Assembly: GCA_040954595.2 (NCBI GenBank)
Contig: CM082578.2
Location: 848,731-912,730, forward strand
Origin: Balanoglossus misakiensis
Taxonomy: Eukaryota; Animalia; Hemichordata
Direction of reading: 5' to 3'
Length of the DNA: 64,000 nucleotides
Shown one piece after another: positions 63,301-64,000 of this stretch. Under the pieces are notes generated by a model, which worked only from the letters and a program-made list of their open reading frames with translations, made no database searches and was not told the DNA's origin. Position 1 is the stretch's first letter. Each line of letters opens with the position of its first letter. Both the position numbers and the translations under genes were made by a program.

Positions 63301-64000
63301 TTGGTGGGGTCAGCCTTTGCGTCAACATTGATTAACCAGGCCATGCAGAGCTAGTGGCCAGTGTCGTGCCCATCAATTTTGAGTGTTTGGTGGGGTCAGC
63401 CTTTGCGTCAACATTGATTAACCAGGCCATGCAGAGCTAGTGGCCAGTGTCGTGCCCATCAATTTTGAGTGTTTGGTGGGGTCAGCCTTTGCGTCAACAT
63501 TGATTAACCAGGCCATGCAGAGCTAGTGGCCAGTGTCGTGCCCATCAATTTTGAGTGTTTGGTGGGGTCAGCCTTTGCGTCAACATTGATTAACCAGGCC
63601 ATGCAGAGCTAGTGGCCAGTGTCGTGCCCATCAATTTTGAGTGTTTGGTGGGGTCAGCCTTTGCGTCAACATTGATTAACCAGGCCATGCAGAGCTAGTG
63701 GCCAGTGTCGTGCCCATCAATTTTGAGTGTTTGGTGGGGTCAGCCTTTGCGTCAACATTGATTAACCAGGCCATGCAGAGCTAGTGGCCAGTGTCGTGCC
63801 CATCAATTTTGAGTGTTTGGTGGGGTCAGCCTTTGCGTCAACATTGATTAACCAGGCCATGCAGAGCTAGTGGCCAGTGTCGTGCCCATCAATTTTACTC
63901 TCACGAGAGTGTATCTGTTTGGTGGGGTCAGCCTTTGCGTCAACATTGATTAACCAGGCCATGCAAGAGCTAGTGGCCGGGTGGTCGTGCCCATCAATTT
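54321..64000. repeat. 86-bp satellite array, ~112 near-identical units, running off the window
   Basis: Unit GCAGAGCTAGTGGCCAGTGTCGTGCCCATCAATTTTGAGTGTTTGGTGGGGTCAGCCTTTGCGTCAACATTGATTAACCAGGCCAT; period 86 (54491, 54577, ...). Confidence 0.98.

Noticed and set aside
54321-64000. CRISPR-like array
   Set aside because: Units are contiguous and identical with no unique spacers, there are no cas genes, and the context is eukaryotic.

Overview
Eukaryotic, AT-rich animal genomic DNA with GT-AG introns; it looks like a marine invertebrate, possibly a deuterostome (inference). 1954-30976 (+) holds the 3' half of a large single-pass receptor gene: pentraxin/LamG, HYR, sushi, RRKR furin site, ephrin-receptor-like Cys repeats, 2x EGF, TM and an NPxY tail (SVEP1/uninflatable-like). 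One 162-nt exon of this gene is split by a ~19.9 kb nested insertion (7793-27682). Inside that insertion is a 16.6 kb element (10455-27029) with perfect 119-bp TIRs and an ACCAGTG target duplication. It carries an apparently intact 7-exon, 850-aa KDZ/Zisupton-type transposase (-) and a convergent spliced gene with an NRF1/P3A2/Erect-wing-like DNA-binding domain (+). A canonical histone-type 3' stem-loop plus HDE-like tract lies downstream of the transposase. 31553-53456 is a ~10-12 kb tandem segmental duplication whose two copies give filled and empty sites for a Crypton tyrosine-recombinase element, a LINE 3' fragment and a 314-bp triplication. 54321-64000 is a highly homogeneous 86-bp satellite that may be expanding inside an LTR. 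All calls were made by eye, with no database searches.
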